64,000 bases of DNA, taken from NCBI GenBank assembly GCA_910580015.1, contig CAJTVT010000011.1:674-64673 (forward strand), written 5' to 3'. The translations under genes and the position numbers were made by a program. Position 1 is the first letter of the stretch. Each line of letters starts with the position of its first letter. Origin of the DNA: an uncultured Lachnospiraceae bacterium (GTDB lineage: Bacteria; Bacillota; Clostridia; Lachnospirales; Lachnospiraceae). Under the pieces are notes generated by a model. It was not told where the DNA came from. It did not search any database and was given only the letters and a program-made list of their open reading frames with translations. Shown here in pieces: positions 41,021 through 50,766 of the stretch.

Positions 41021-42100
41021 ATGCAAAGAAATACTGTACAACAAATGTTGCGTGATTTATCCATCACTGCAGGGCTACTGGTATTGACCACCATACTGAC
41101 CTTTATCCTGTTTTTCAAGGTTTCTGACAATCCTGCCAATATCGCATTATTTTACATCATTGGCATTATCACCATTTCAAAACATACCAGTGGATATTTT
41201 TACGGCATTTTGGCCTCCGCCATCGGCGTAATTTTTATTAACTGTTTTTTTACCTATCCTTATTTTACCATTAACTTTTCACCCCCGGATTATCCATTCA
41301 CTTTTTTATGTATGCTGGCCCTATCCATGGTTACCAGCGCTACAACCTCCCATTCAAAATCGCAGGCAGAGCTTCTCGCCTCCCACGAAAAAGAGCTGAT
41401 GGAAGCCGAAAAAGAAAAGTTACGAGCAAATTTGCTTCGGGCCGTCTCTCATGATCTGCGCACCCCGCTAACTGGAATTCTTGGCGCCAGCGCATCTTTA
41501 GAAGAACAATGGGAAAATTATGAAAGCACAGAGCGTCAGGAACTGATTCACAACATCCACGACGATGCAAACTGGCTACTAAATATGGTGGAAAATCTTT
41601 TGTCTGTCACCCAAATTCAGACAGAAGGTTCCCAGTTAAACACCACCCTGGAAGTTGTCGACGAGGTGGTGGCAGAATCGGTCACACGCCTGAAGAAACG
41701 GCTGCCTGACGCGGATATACATATCACTCTCCCCCCTGAAATCCTCCTGGTCCCTATGGACGCCATGTTGATTGAACAGGTCCTTATCAATCTTATGGAA
41801 AACGCCTTACTCCATTCCCATTCCGAACACCCCATTGAATTTATCGTGGAAAACCACACAAATAATGTTTATTTCCGCATCATTGACTATGGTGTGGGAT
41901 TAAAAGAAGAACATCTAAACCATATATTTGATGGAACATATTCCGAAAATGTTTCCTCTGACGGCAGCAAAGGAATTGGCATCGGATTATCCATCTGCTA
42001 TAGCATTATCACTGCACATCATGGTACAATTACTGCGAGAAACCATGACAAGGGTGCAGAATTTTTATGTATATTGCCAAAGGAGAAAATTAATGCATAA
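41021..42100 (+). CDS. KdpD-like membrane sensor histidine kinase (short; 4 TM + HisKA + HATPase)
   Basis: SHDLRTPL H-box, NLMENA, D.G.G, GIGLSIC. Confidence 0.9.
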   Translation: MQRNTVQQMLRDLSITAGLLVLTTILTFILFFKVSDNPANIALFYIIGIITISKHTSGYFYGILASAIGVIFINCFFTYPYFTINFSPPDYPFTFLCMLALSMVTSATTSHSKSQAELLASHEKELMEAEKEKLRANLLRAVSHDLRTPLTGILGASASLEEQWENYESTERQELIHNIHDDANWLLNMVENLLSVTQIQTEGSQLNTTLEVVDEVVAESVTRLKKRLPDADIHITLPPEILLVPMDAMLIEQVLINLMENALLHSHSEHPIEFIVENHTNNVYFRIIDYGVGLKEEHLNHIFDGTYSENVSSDGSKGIGIGLSICYSIITAHHGTITARNHDKGAEFLCILPKEKINA

Positions 42101-42812
42101 GTTTACCGTACTTTTAATTGAAGACGAGAAAAGCATCAGTGATTTCACATCCAAAAGTCTCTCCTCTCAGGGTTACCGTGTATGCTGTGCATCCACCGGA
42201 AGGGAAGCGCTCTCTCTTGCGTCCTCCCTGTGTCCAGATGTTCTCCTACTGGATCTGGGCTTACCGGACATGGATGGCATGGAGATCATCCGCCAAATCC
42301 GTACTTGGTCAAGCTGTCCTATCCTTGTAATCAGCGCTCGTACCCAGGAACATGACAAAGTTCAGGCCCTGGACGCTGGCGCAGATGATTACCTAACCAA
42401 ACCTTTTGGCATCTCCGAACTGATGGCGAGGATTCGTACCTCCCTACGCCACAGTAACCGTCTAAACAACGGTTACAGTGTCCCCCAGCATCCCTACCGT
42501 GCAAAGGATCTGGAAATTGACTTTTTTAAGCGCTCCATTACCATAGCCGGACAGCCAATACATTTGACTCCTATCGAATACAAAATTGTCGCTTTTCTCG
42601 CCCAGAATTCCGGCAAAGTTATGACTTATTCCGCCGTGATGAGCAATGTGTGGGGACCTTACGCTGAATCTGATAATAAAATTCTGCGTGTAAATATGGC
42701 AAACATTCGCAGAAAATTAGAACAAAACCCAGCAGAACCTATCTATATTTTCACGGAAGTAGGCGTAGGCTATCGAATGGCAGATGATGAAACACCCTCT
42801 AACCGGATATAA
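42093..42812 (+). CDS. KdpE-like OmpR-family response regulator
   Basis: LLDLGLPDMDG, GADDYLTKPF, TEVGVGYR; ATG 42093 overlaps the kinase stop. Confidence 0.92.
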   Translation: MHKFTVLLIEDEKSISDFTSKSLSSQGYRVCCASTGREALSLASSLCPDVLLLDLGLPDMDGMEIIRQIRTWSSCPILVISARTQEHDKVQALDAGADDYLTKPFGISELMARIRTSLRHSNRLNNGYSVPQHPYRAKDLEIDFFKRSITIAGQPIHLTPIEYKIVAFLAQNSGKVMTYSAVMSNVWGPYAESDNKILRVNMANIRRKLEQNPAEPIYIFTEVGVGYRMADDETPSNRI

Positions 42813-42979
42813 TGTAGCAGATTTTCCAATATTTATAAATTCTTAAGAAATTGCAAACCGATCTTTTTCACTTTTTAATACAAAAGTGAACTTTTTTCGT
42901 GTATAATGGTTTTGTGTTGTTTCAAAAAGTTATATCTATTTTTTATGGGCTGTTTGACAATCTCATCTCTGAAAAAGTG

Positions 42980-43097
42980 AATAACTCCGCTGCTGGCAGT
43001 GGGACATAGAAATGGAAACGCCCCAAAATGCAGGACGCGGCATTCGCCAAATGGACACATACAAATGTCCGTTTGGATTATTGCTCGCGGAAACAAA
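42980..43097 (+). repeat. Structured two-hairpin dispersed element, copy B
   Basis: Shares CGCGGCA.TCGCCAAATG and TTGCTCGCGG.AA.AAA with 24283..24376. Confidence 0.6.
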
Positions 43098-43123
43098 AAA
43101 TCAAAAGAAAGGTCGTGAGCAAC

Positions 43124-44242
43124 ATGGATAAAAAAAGAAGAAGACGACGACGTAGAAGAAGACAGGACAGGTATATCCGCACACTGATTTGCATCCTACC
43201 ACTGCTTCTTATTATCTTGACTGCAACCGGAATCACTGCTGCTGTTAGAAAATCTGCCAAAGAAAAAGCAGACAAGCAAAAACAAGATCCACCTATCTCT
43301 GCTTCCGATACTAAGAATCAAGAAGAGGAAACAGACGATATCACAACAAAAGATCCGGATACAGAAAAGACAGAGCCAGAACTTCCAAAAGAAGATGGCA
43401 ATGAAGATGAGAATAACGACGAGAAGGATGACACAACAGAAGAAGAAAAACCATTTACGCTTGCCGATTTGGACAATCCAGAAGGTTTCGATGTTCGTCC
43501 CACTGAAAATGGCATTGTGCTCCAGAACCAGCAAATCGATCTAAACGGGCTGGACACCACATGTTTAGACTGGGGGCAAGGCGGAGATTTAGATGAATGG
43601 AACCGCCCTGCTGGCTGTATGCAATACCAGGAGAAATATGGAAAATACAATGCCCACTTTATTGTTGATGAACCTGAGAAAAAAGTGATTTATCTTACTA
43701 TTGACGAGGGCTACGAATATGGCTGCTCCTCCAGAATCTTAGATACCTTAAAGGAGAAAAATGTCCATGCTGTGTTCTTTATCACCAAGCCTTATGCAGA
43801 ACAAAACCCTGACTTAGTGCAGCGTATGATTGATGAGGGACACGAAGTTGGAAATCACAGTGTAACACATCCTGCTGCCGGACTTCCTTCACAGGATATT
43901 GAAACACAGACCAACGAGGTAATGGAGAACCACCGTTATATAAAAGAGCAATTTGGTTATGATATGCATTTATTCCGCTATCCAGCCGGAAAATTTAATG
44001 AACAATCCGTTGCCCTTTTGAACAACTTAAATTACAAAAGCTTGTTTTGGAGTTTTGCATATCTAGATTATGATGTAGAAAACCAGCCAGATCCAGCAGA
44101 AAGTTTGCAGAAAATTGTGAGTAAGCTTCATCCTGGCGCTCTTTATCTGCTGCACGGAGAATCTGAGACAAATACCCAGATTCTGGGCGACTTTATCGAT
44201 CAAGCCCGGGCACAGGGATATGAATTTAAAGTGTATCAATAA
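43124..44242 (+). CDS. Polysaccharide deacetylase (PdaA-like, CE4) with N-terminal membrane anchor
   Basis: YLTIDEGY, GNHS..H, FRYPAG, LLH. Confidence 0.88.
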   Translation: MDKKRRRRRRRRRQDRYIRTLICILPLLLIILTATGITAAVRKSAKEKADKQKQDPPISASDTKNQEEETDDITTKDPDTEKTEPELPKEDGNEDENNDEKDDTTEEEKPFTLADLDNPEGFDVRPTENGIVLQNQQIDLNGLDTTCLDWGQGGDLDEWNRPAGCMQYQEKYGKYNAHFIVDEPEKKVIYLTIDEGYEYGCSSRILDTLKEKNVHAVFFITKPYAEQNPDLVQRMIDEGHEVGNHSVTHPAAGLPSQDIETQTNEVMENHRYIKEQFGYDMHLFRYPAGKFNEQSVALLNNLNYKSLFWSFAYLDYDVENQPDPAESLQKIVSKLHPGALYLLHGESETNTQILGDFIDQARAQGYEFKVYQ

Positions 44243-44263
44243 TTAAAAGTCAAATTTTGCAAC

Positions 44264-44369
44264 AAAAGAGGCTGTTTCAAAATACCGCTTATATACAATA
44301 TATGGATGAGATTCTTGTGCTCTGAAACCATATCTTGTATATAACAGCTATTTTTCAACAGCCTCTTTT
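44264..44369. repeat. ~106-bp fold-back element between convergent genes
   Basis: AAAAGAGGCTGTT/AACAGCCTCTTTT ends; internal TATATACAA.ATATGG/CCATAT.TTGTATATA. Confidence 0.7.
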
Positions 44370-44384
44370 TACTTTATAGCACAG

Positions 44385-45974
44385 TTAATTTCGCCCAAAT
44401 TCAGCAAGCTTCAGTCCTTCATTCCGATCCAGAGTCATCCCCACACTCCAACTATTGACAAACAACAACAGAGGATTCCCTTTCAAATCCTGTATTTTCT
44501 TCATATCGGAAGTTCCTGTCAGTTTATCCATATCAATCTCTTCATTTTCAATCCAGCGGATATGTTCATAGGGCAGATTTTCTAGTCGGATATCCACATT
44601 ATATTCATTTTCCAGACGGTACTTTAACACATCAAACTGCAAGACACCCACGACTCCTACAATAATTTCCTCCATACCAGTATGATATTCCTGAAAAATC
44701 TGAATCGCACCCTCCTGGGCAATCTGGGTAATTCCTTTTACAAACTGCTTTCGCTTCATTGTGTCCATCTGGCGGACTCTCGCGAAATGTTCTGGTGCAA
44801 AGGTCGGTATTCCTTCAAAGGCAAATTTATCCGCAGCCGTTGTTATCGTATCTCCAATGGCAAACACTCCTGGATCAAAAACACCAATAATATCTCCTGC
44901 ATATGCTTCCTCAATGATTTTGCGCTCCTGAGCCATCATCTGTTGCGGCTGAGATAGACGCATTTTTCTACCTCCCTGGATATGGGTAACCTCCATGCCC
45001 GCATCAAATTTGCCTGAACAGATCCGCATAAATGCAATCCTGTCTCGATGAGCCTTATTCATATTTGCCTGGATCTTAAATACAAAAGCAGAAAAATCCG
45101 TAGAAAATGGGTCGATCTCCCCCACATCTGCTTTTCTGGGCAGAGGTGAAGTCGTCATTTTCAAGAAATGCTGCAAAAAAGTTTCCACGCCGAAATTTGT
45201 AAGGGCTGATCCAAAAAATACTGGAGACAACTCTCCCTTCGCCACCAGCTCCATATCAAATTCTGCACTGGCTCCGTCCAAAAGTTCCACTTCCTCCAGC
45301 AATGTTGCCCTGGCGTCCGCACCAATCTCTGCCTCCAACTTCGGATCGTCAATGTCAATATCCCGCTCCACGCCTTCCTTGGTACCTTTGAGCGTATCTT
45401 CAAAAATCATTACTTTTTTGGTATTTCGATCATACACACCTTTAAAATTTTTTCCAGATCCAATGGGCCAGTTCACTGGACAGGTGGCAATTCCCAACTC
45501 TTTCTCAATCTCATCTAACAAATCAAAGGTATCGTTGGCATCCCGGTCCATCTTATTAATAAATGTAAAAATGGGGATATGGCGCATCACACATACTTTA
45601 AACAATTTCCGCGTCTGCGCCTCCACGCCCTTCGATCCGTCTATCACCATAACAGCAGAATCCGCCGCCATCAGGGTACGGTAAGTGTCCTCTGAGAAAT
45701 CCTGATGTCCTGGCGTATCAAGGATATTAATACAGTAACCATCATAATTAAACTGCAATACGGAAGAGGTTACTGAAATTCCTCTCTCCTTTTCAATCTC
45801 CATCCAGTCAGACACTGCATGCCTTGCTGTCGCTTTACCCTTCACTGACCCTGCAAGATTAATCGCTCCGCCATACAAAAGAAATTTTTCAGTCAAGGTG
45901 GTCTTACCTGCGTCTGGATGAGATATAATCGCAAAAGTCCTTCGTTTCTCTATTTCTTGTTGCAAATCAGCCAA
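44385..45974 (-). CDS. prfC: Peptide chain release factor 3
   Basis: RRTFAIISHPDAGKTT, DTPGH, NKMD; likely TTG start at 45974 after GAGG. Confidence 0.97.
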   Translation of the reverse strand: MADLQQEIEKRRTFAIISHPDAGKTTLTEKFLLYGGAINLAGSVKGKATARHAVSDWMEIEKERGISVTSSVLQFNYDGYCINILDTPGHQDFSEDTYRTLMAADSAVMVIDGSKGVEAQTRKLFKVCVMRHIPIFTFINKMDRDANDTFDLLDEIEKELGIATCPVNWPIGSGKNFKGVYDRNTKKVMIFEDTLKGTKEGVERDIDIDDPKLEAEIGADARATLLEEVELLDGASAEFDMELVAKGELSPVFFGSALTNFGVETFLQHFLKMTTSPLPRKADVGEIDPFSTDFSAFVFKIQANMNKAHRDRIAFMRICSGKFDAGMEVTHIQGGRKMRLSQPQQMMAQERKIIEEAYAGDIIGVFDPGVFAIGDTITTAADKFAFEGIPTFAPEHFARVRQMDTMKRKQFVKGITQIAQEGAIQIFQEYHTGMEEIIVGVVGVLQFDVLKYRLENEYNVDIRLENLPYEHIRWIENEEIDMDKLTGTSDMKKIQDLKGNPLLLFVNSWSVGMTLDRNEGLKLAEFGRN

Positions 45975-46100
45975 ACTATTTTCCTCACTTTCCAAATATT
46001 CCACTGTACACATTACCTCTGTGCACAAATCATTCCGCTGTATATGGTAACACATGCCACTTTACAGTGCAAGATACTTTGTCACTCCACCAAACGATAT

Positions 46101-47495
46101 CTATGATTTTATTCTCTGTTCTCCCATACGCATTCCTTCTCTTGCACGTCTCTTATGGGCAGAAAACACTATCATAAAACAGATCGTGTGCACCAAGGCA
46201 GTCAACGTCCAAGACACTGGATAAGACACATACAAAACCCACAAACTACGATGCTGGCTAAAAACAGTGAAAATCCATATAATACGAAATCCACAAGCGC
46301 CTAACAACGATACCACCATAGGAAGAACCGCAGAACCAATTCCCCGCAAGCCGCCCACCAGCACTTCCATAATTCCACACAGACAATATGTTGTGCAAAT
46401 CACAGACAACCGCAACATCCCCACTTCTATGATTTGAGGATCGGACGAATAAATGCCAAGGAGCTGATTTCCCAACCAATAAGAAGCCCACCCCATGGAC
46501 AGCCCTACCACTGTTACCATGACAAAACATTCCAACAATACCTTTACAATTCTCTTATAATTTCCAGCACCAAAATTCTGACTCGTAAAACTTAACGCTG
46601 TCTGATGATAGGAATTCATGGCCATATAAATAAAACCTTCGATATTCGACGCAGCGGTATTTCCAGCCATAGCCACAGAACCAAAGGAATTGACGGAAGA
46701 TTGAATCAATACATTTGACAGAGAAAATACGGTTCCCTGGAGTCCTGCCGGAAATCCAATCCGCATAATTTGGAAAACCTTGTCACGCTTCATAGAAAGC
46801 TTCGACAGATGTACTTGGCATCCTCCCTCCATATGCATCATACAACGCATAATCAGAGCGGCAGACACACATTGAGAAATCACAGTTGCCAGGGCAACCC
46901 CTGCCACCCCCATTTCAAATCCAATCACAAAGATCAAATTCAATATAATATTTATGACGCCTGCCGCCAAAAGATAATACAGAGGACGTCTGGTATCTCC
47001 CACTGCCCGCAAAATTGAACTGCCAAAATTGTACAAGAGAATCACAGGCATTCCTGCAAAATAAATTCGAATATACAATACTGCTTGACTCAACACATCC
47101 TGAGGCGTCCCCATAAGAATCAAAATTTCAGGCGCCGCCAAGATCCCAATCACAAGAAGAATCACGCCACAGACAATACTTAGAACCAGGGAGCTGTGTA
47201 CTGTCTCCCCCATTTCCCGTTCCTTTCTCGCCCCATAAAACTGTGCTACCATAACATTGGCTCCCACAGAAAATCCGATAAACAAATTTGTAAGCAGATT
47301 AATCAACGATGCATTCGCTCCTACCGCCGCCAATGCCGTACTTCCCGCAAATCTTCCCACAACCACCATATCCGCCGCATTAAATAAAAGCTGCAAAATG
47401 CTTGAAATCATCAGCGGAATGGAAAAAGCTAATATTTTAGGAAAAATAGAACCACTACACATGTCAATTTCATAAGATTTCGCTTTCATCTCCAC
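46101..47495 (-). CDS. MATE-family efflux transporter
   Basis: About 12 TM; Q.LFN.AD..VVGRF, GD..RPL, GV.GVALAT. Confidence 0.93.
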   Translation of the reverse strand: MEMKAKSYEIDMCSGSIFPKILAFSIPLMISSILQLLFNAADMVVVGRFAGSTALAAVGANASLINLLTNLFIGFSVGANVMVAQFYGARKEREMGETVHSSLVLSIVCGVILLVIGILAAPEILILMGTPQDVLSQAVLYIRIYFAGMPVILLYNFGSSILRAVGDTRRPLYYLLAAGVINIILNLIFVIGFEMGVAGVALATVISQCVSAALIMRCMMHMEGGCQVHLSKLSMKRDKVFQIMRIGFPAGLQGTVFSLSNVLIQSSVNSFGSVAMAGNTAASNIEGFIYMAMNSYHQTALSFTSQNFGAGNYKRIVKVLLECFVMVTVVGLSMGWASYWLGNQLLGIYSSDPQIIEVGMLRLSVICTTYCLCGIMEVLVGGLRGIGSAVLPMVVSLLGACGFRIIWIFTVFSQHRSLWVLYVSYPVSWTLTALVHTICFMIVFSAHKRRAREGMRMGEQRIKS

Positions 47496-47555
47496 TCAAT
47501 GGAAAACTGCCGCCGATGATTCTGGCAGCAGCTTCCTATCCTCCAATCTAAAACC

Positions 47556-48542
47556 TTATTTAATGGAAAACTTCACAGTCTTTACATTTCCCGCTTTATC
47601 TGTAACCTTAAGTACGTAACTCCCCTTCTTTGACACAGACTTTCCATTTTTGATACTCTTGCCATTCAAAGTTGCCTTCTTTACACCAGAAAGCTTATCC
47701 TGGAACTTAATAGTGACCTTACCTTTATAATCTCTAGCCTTTACACTGACTGTGGGCTTTGTCTTATCTATGGTAAATTTCAAAGTCTTACTGCTTCCAG
47801 ACAATAATTTGACCTTTAGACTGTAAGTCCCTTCCTTTTTGGCCGTATAAACATTCTCTGGCTGTACTTCCTGATTCACCTTAAAACTTGTGATAACGCC
47901 TTCTGATTCCACTTTTACTTTTTTGTTATTCCGATAATACGCTTTATTCTTAACCCCGCTAAAAATACATTTTTTATTGTCCGCATATTTTTTACTGCTG
48001 ACTGCATAGATACGTTCTGCGCTGTGAAGCGTTTTCAGCGAATACTGTACCGTATATTTGTCCTTTAGCAGCTTTCCGTTGGTTTTATAAACCTGAAATG
48101 GATATTTGATCTGAAATGAAAAATCTGCCATACTCCCAAGGGATGCCCCTCCCAATTCTCCCAATTCATCTTCCAGGGCCTTGGTAATTCCAGCAACATC
48201 CATCACCGCCTGTTTTTTATTCAATACAACAAATAAACTTTTGGTATCTTTTGCTGAAAATTTTCGTGATGATTGGTACATATTATGCTCCACACCATTG
48301 CGCTTTACCTTCCCCTCATATTTATACCCCATGGTTTTCATGGCGGCCTCAAAGGAGCCATATCCCATATTCACCAATTCTTTTTCAATCTCTGCCTCTT
48401 CCCATTTGGTCACATAAATCTTATCATTAATTTTCGAGGACAAATTGCTGTTAATTTGAACATTTTCTTCCATTCCGCAGCCACCTAGCAACATGCCAAT
48501 GATACATATCACGACTGCCAGCCATATTTTTTTACTCTTCAT
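47556..48542 (-). CDS. Lys-rich lipoprotein with C-terminal Ig-like segments
   Basis: AAAGGAGG RBS, lipobox LGG-C, IDKTKP and VTDKAGN motifs. Confidence 0.75.
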   Translation of the reverse strand: MKSKKIWLAVVICIIGMLLGGCGMEENVQINSNLSSKINDKIYVTKWEEAEIEKELVNMGYGSFEAAMKTMGYKYEGKVKRNGVEHNMYQSSRKFSAKDTKSLFVVLNKKQAVMDVAGITKALEDELGELGGASLGSMADFSFQIKYPFQVYKTNGKLLKDKYTVQYSLKTLHSAERIYAVSSKKYADNKKCIFSGVKNKAYYRNNKKVKVESEGVITSFKVNQEVQPENVYTAKKEGTYSLKVKLLSGSSKTLKFTIDKTKPTVSVKARDYKGKVTIKFQDKLSGVKKATLNGKSIKNGKSVSKKGSYVLKVTDKAGNVKTVKFSIK

Positions 48543-48752
48543 TTTAAAAGTTCCTCCTTTTGCGGGATTGACCCGCAGTTCTTTTTTAACACGGTTTCCT
48601 CTCCTATCATAATACCTTTTTCTCTTCTGCGCAAGCCATATTACTTTGACTGTCAAAAATCTGAAGGAACTTCTTATAAGACAAAAAATGGACAGAAACG
48701 GCCTGCCTCAAAAGCTTGCCGTTCCTGCCCATATCAGCCAACTATTTTTTTC

Positions 48753-49595
48753 TCAGCTTACAGGCGTATTTTCTGCATTTTCTGAGTTATCTGTTCCCTC
48801 TTGACCTTCTGGTGCGGTTCCATCCTCGGCGCCTGTGGTTCCGTCTGTCGTTCCATCTTCAGCGCCTGTGGTTCCGTCTGTCGTCCCATTCGTTTCATTA
48901 TCTGTGTTCTCTGTCGTAGTTGCAGAGGAAATCGGTGTAATCACAATATTCTGCGCTTCTACATTGGTCTTGCGCCTTACAATATCCTCAATCTGGGCAC
49001 GTTTTGCGTCTGTCACCTCTCCCATATTTAACACCACATCTGCATTATTATCCGTAATGCTTACAACCACATCCGTAAATCCTTTCGCTTCTAAGAGCAT
49101 TTCAGCCGCTGCTTCCCGCTCTGCAATATCTGTCATAGCAATCATAGCGTTGATTGCGTCCTGTTTCTGTTCTTCTGTAATATTGACATTATTAATCACT
49201 TCCAGCAAAGATGCCTTGTTTTGGGAGCGAACCTGTTCCCGATTTAATTTTACCTCTGACACAAAATCCACGTTGCTGACATTCGAGCTGGTAAGGACTG
49301 CCTGCCCAGGATTTTGCCCGTTTGCATTCCCACTGCTGGCTATCTCCTCCCCCGTCTGAACTCCCTCCGCCCCTGTAGAAGTCTCTGCACTGTCTTCGGT
49401 GTCCGTGAAAATATCTTCCACGCTATAAACATCTTCATCTGAAATTTCATATGTACTTTCATTGGTATCTGCGCTTGCCTCTTTTGCAAGATCACTGTCA
49501 CTTTGGCTTCCCGTATATTGCAAATAGCCTGCCACGGCGATCATAAGAGCCAAAGCCGTAATGATGATCTGATTTTTTTTGAAAACTTTTCTCAA
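48753..49595 (-). CDS. spoIIIAH: Stage III sporulation protein AH
   Basis: E..AE.LLEAKGF.D.VV, QIEDIV; last gene of the operon. Confidence 0.92.
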   Translation of the reverse strand: MRKVFKKNQIIITALALMIAVAGYLQYTGSQSDSDLAKEASADTNESTYEISDEDVYSVEDIFTDTEDSAETSTGAEGVQTGEEIASSGNANGQNPGQAVLTSSNVSNVDFVSEVKLNREQVRSQNKASLLEVINNVNITEEQKQDAINAMIAMTDIAEREAAAEMLLEAKGFTDVVVSITDNNADVVLNMGEVTDAKRAQIEDIVRRKTNVEAQNIVITPISSATTTENTDNETNGTTDGTTGAEDGTTDGTTGAEDGTAPEGQEGTDNSENAENTPVS

Positions 49596-49610
49596 ATTGA
49601 TGCCCTCCTG

Positions 49611-50186
49611 TCAATTCATCTTTACTACCTTAATTTTATGTGCTTCCACTGAAAATAATGCTAAAACTGCATCAGAAATATTTTTCACTATTTTTGCATC
49701 CCCACCTCCCTCCGCCACTACTAGCACTCCTTCCACCTTGGGCGCCACCTCCTTTTTTACAAAGGGCTCGCCAGCACTTGTACCATTTTGAGAATAAACC
49801 GTCTCCTCCTGAAACTGCCCTTCTGTGGAACTACGTTTGACAGCTCCATCCTGCTCAGAGCTATTTTGACTGTTCTGAGTTCTATCCTTCTCCACCACAA
49901 GCTCACCCTCATCTTGAAGCGTAATCATCACTTTCACCTTTCCAACCCCCTCTACATCCGCCAATACTTGCTCTAATCTGCGCTCCAGGCTTTTTCCATA
50001 ACTTGCCGCCGTTATATTTGAGCGCTCCTCTTGCACCTGACTTTGTGAATCTTCGTCTTGCCCTTTTTCCTTGTGTTCCACCGGAATCGCCACCACCAGC
50101 AGCAGAATCCCAACAAGTGCTCCTATCAGAAGTTGGTTTTTGGGAATCTTTTTGAGCTTATCCAGAGAAAAACCCTCTTTTTTCAT
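49611..50186 (-). CDS. spoIIIAG: Stage III sporulation protein AG
   Basis: GVGKVKVMIT, P.VEGVLVVAEG, HKIKV. Confidence 0.93.
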   Translation of the reverse strand: MKKEGFSLDKLKKIPKNQLLIGALVGILLLVVAIPVEHKEKGQDEDSQSQVQEERSNITAASYGKSLERRLEQVLADVEGVGKVKVMITLQDEGELVVEKDRTQNSQNSSEQDGAVKRSSTEGQFQEETVYSQNGTSAGEPFVKKEVAPKVEGVLVVAEGGGDAKIVKNISDAVLALFSVEAHKIKVVKMN

Positions 50187-50204
50187 ATCTTATTCTGTGC
50201 CTCC

Positions 50205-50753
50205 TCACTTTATTGCAATGTTGACCTGCTCCTCCTTTAGCCGATAGTATTCCATCAGTTCCTGTTTCAGTTCATATACTTTAGGATATTCCTTGCTCCT
50301 ATCTGCAAAGGATGCCTTTTGCACAAAAATCCCATCGTCCTCCTGAAATGACGCTGTAATCTCAATGGATTCTACCTGATAATCCTCTGATAGCTGCACT
50401 TTGGCCTCTTGGACTAAAAGCTGTTTTTCCTCTGCAATACGGCTCACATCCATCTCCAGCGCATGTTCATATTCCTGCAAATAACGTTCTTTCTGTTGCC
50501 ATTCCAAATGCTCGGTATCTAATTTCAAATTATCCATCTCCTGAAAAAAACCTGCCTGGCTGATTTTTTCTCGAAGCACTTCCTCATTTCCCATCAGCGA
50601 CAGCACTGGAGACATTACTAGAATCGTCAACAGCATTCCAGAAAAAAAACGCACATATTTTTGGTAATTGTCTTTGGGAAGCAAATGCAGAACAACCGTC
50701 AATAAAATATAAAAGCAAACCAGATTTTTTACCCAGGCATATATATAACCCAT
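50205..50753 (-). CDS. spoIIIAF: Stage III sporulation protein AF
   Basis: LLP...Y.KYVRF..G; operon position. Confidence 0.9.
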   Translation of the reverse strand: MGYIYAWVKNLVCFYILLTVVLHLLPKDNYQKYVRFFSGMLLTILVMSPVLSLMGNEEVLREKISQAGFFQEMDNLKLDTEHLEWQQKERYLQEYEHALEMDVSRIAEEKQLLVQEAKVQLSEDYQVESIEITASFQEDDGIFVQKASFADRSKEYPKVYELKQELMEYYRLKEEQVNIAIK

Positions 50754-50766
50754 ACCTGCTCCTCTC

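Noticed and set aside
42947..43100. Riboswitch upstream of the polysaccharide deacetylase
   Set aside because: I could not identify a known aptamer consensus, and the segment matches a dispersed repeat at 24283 instead.
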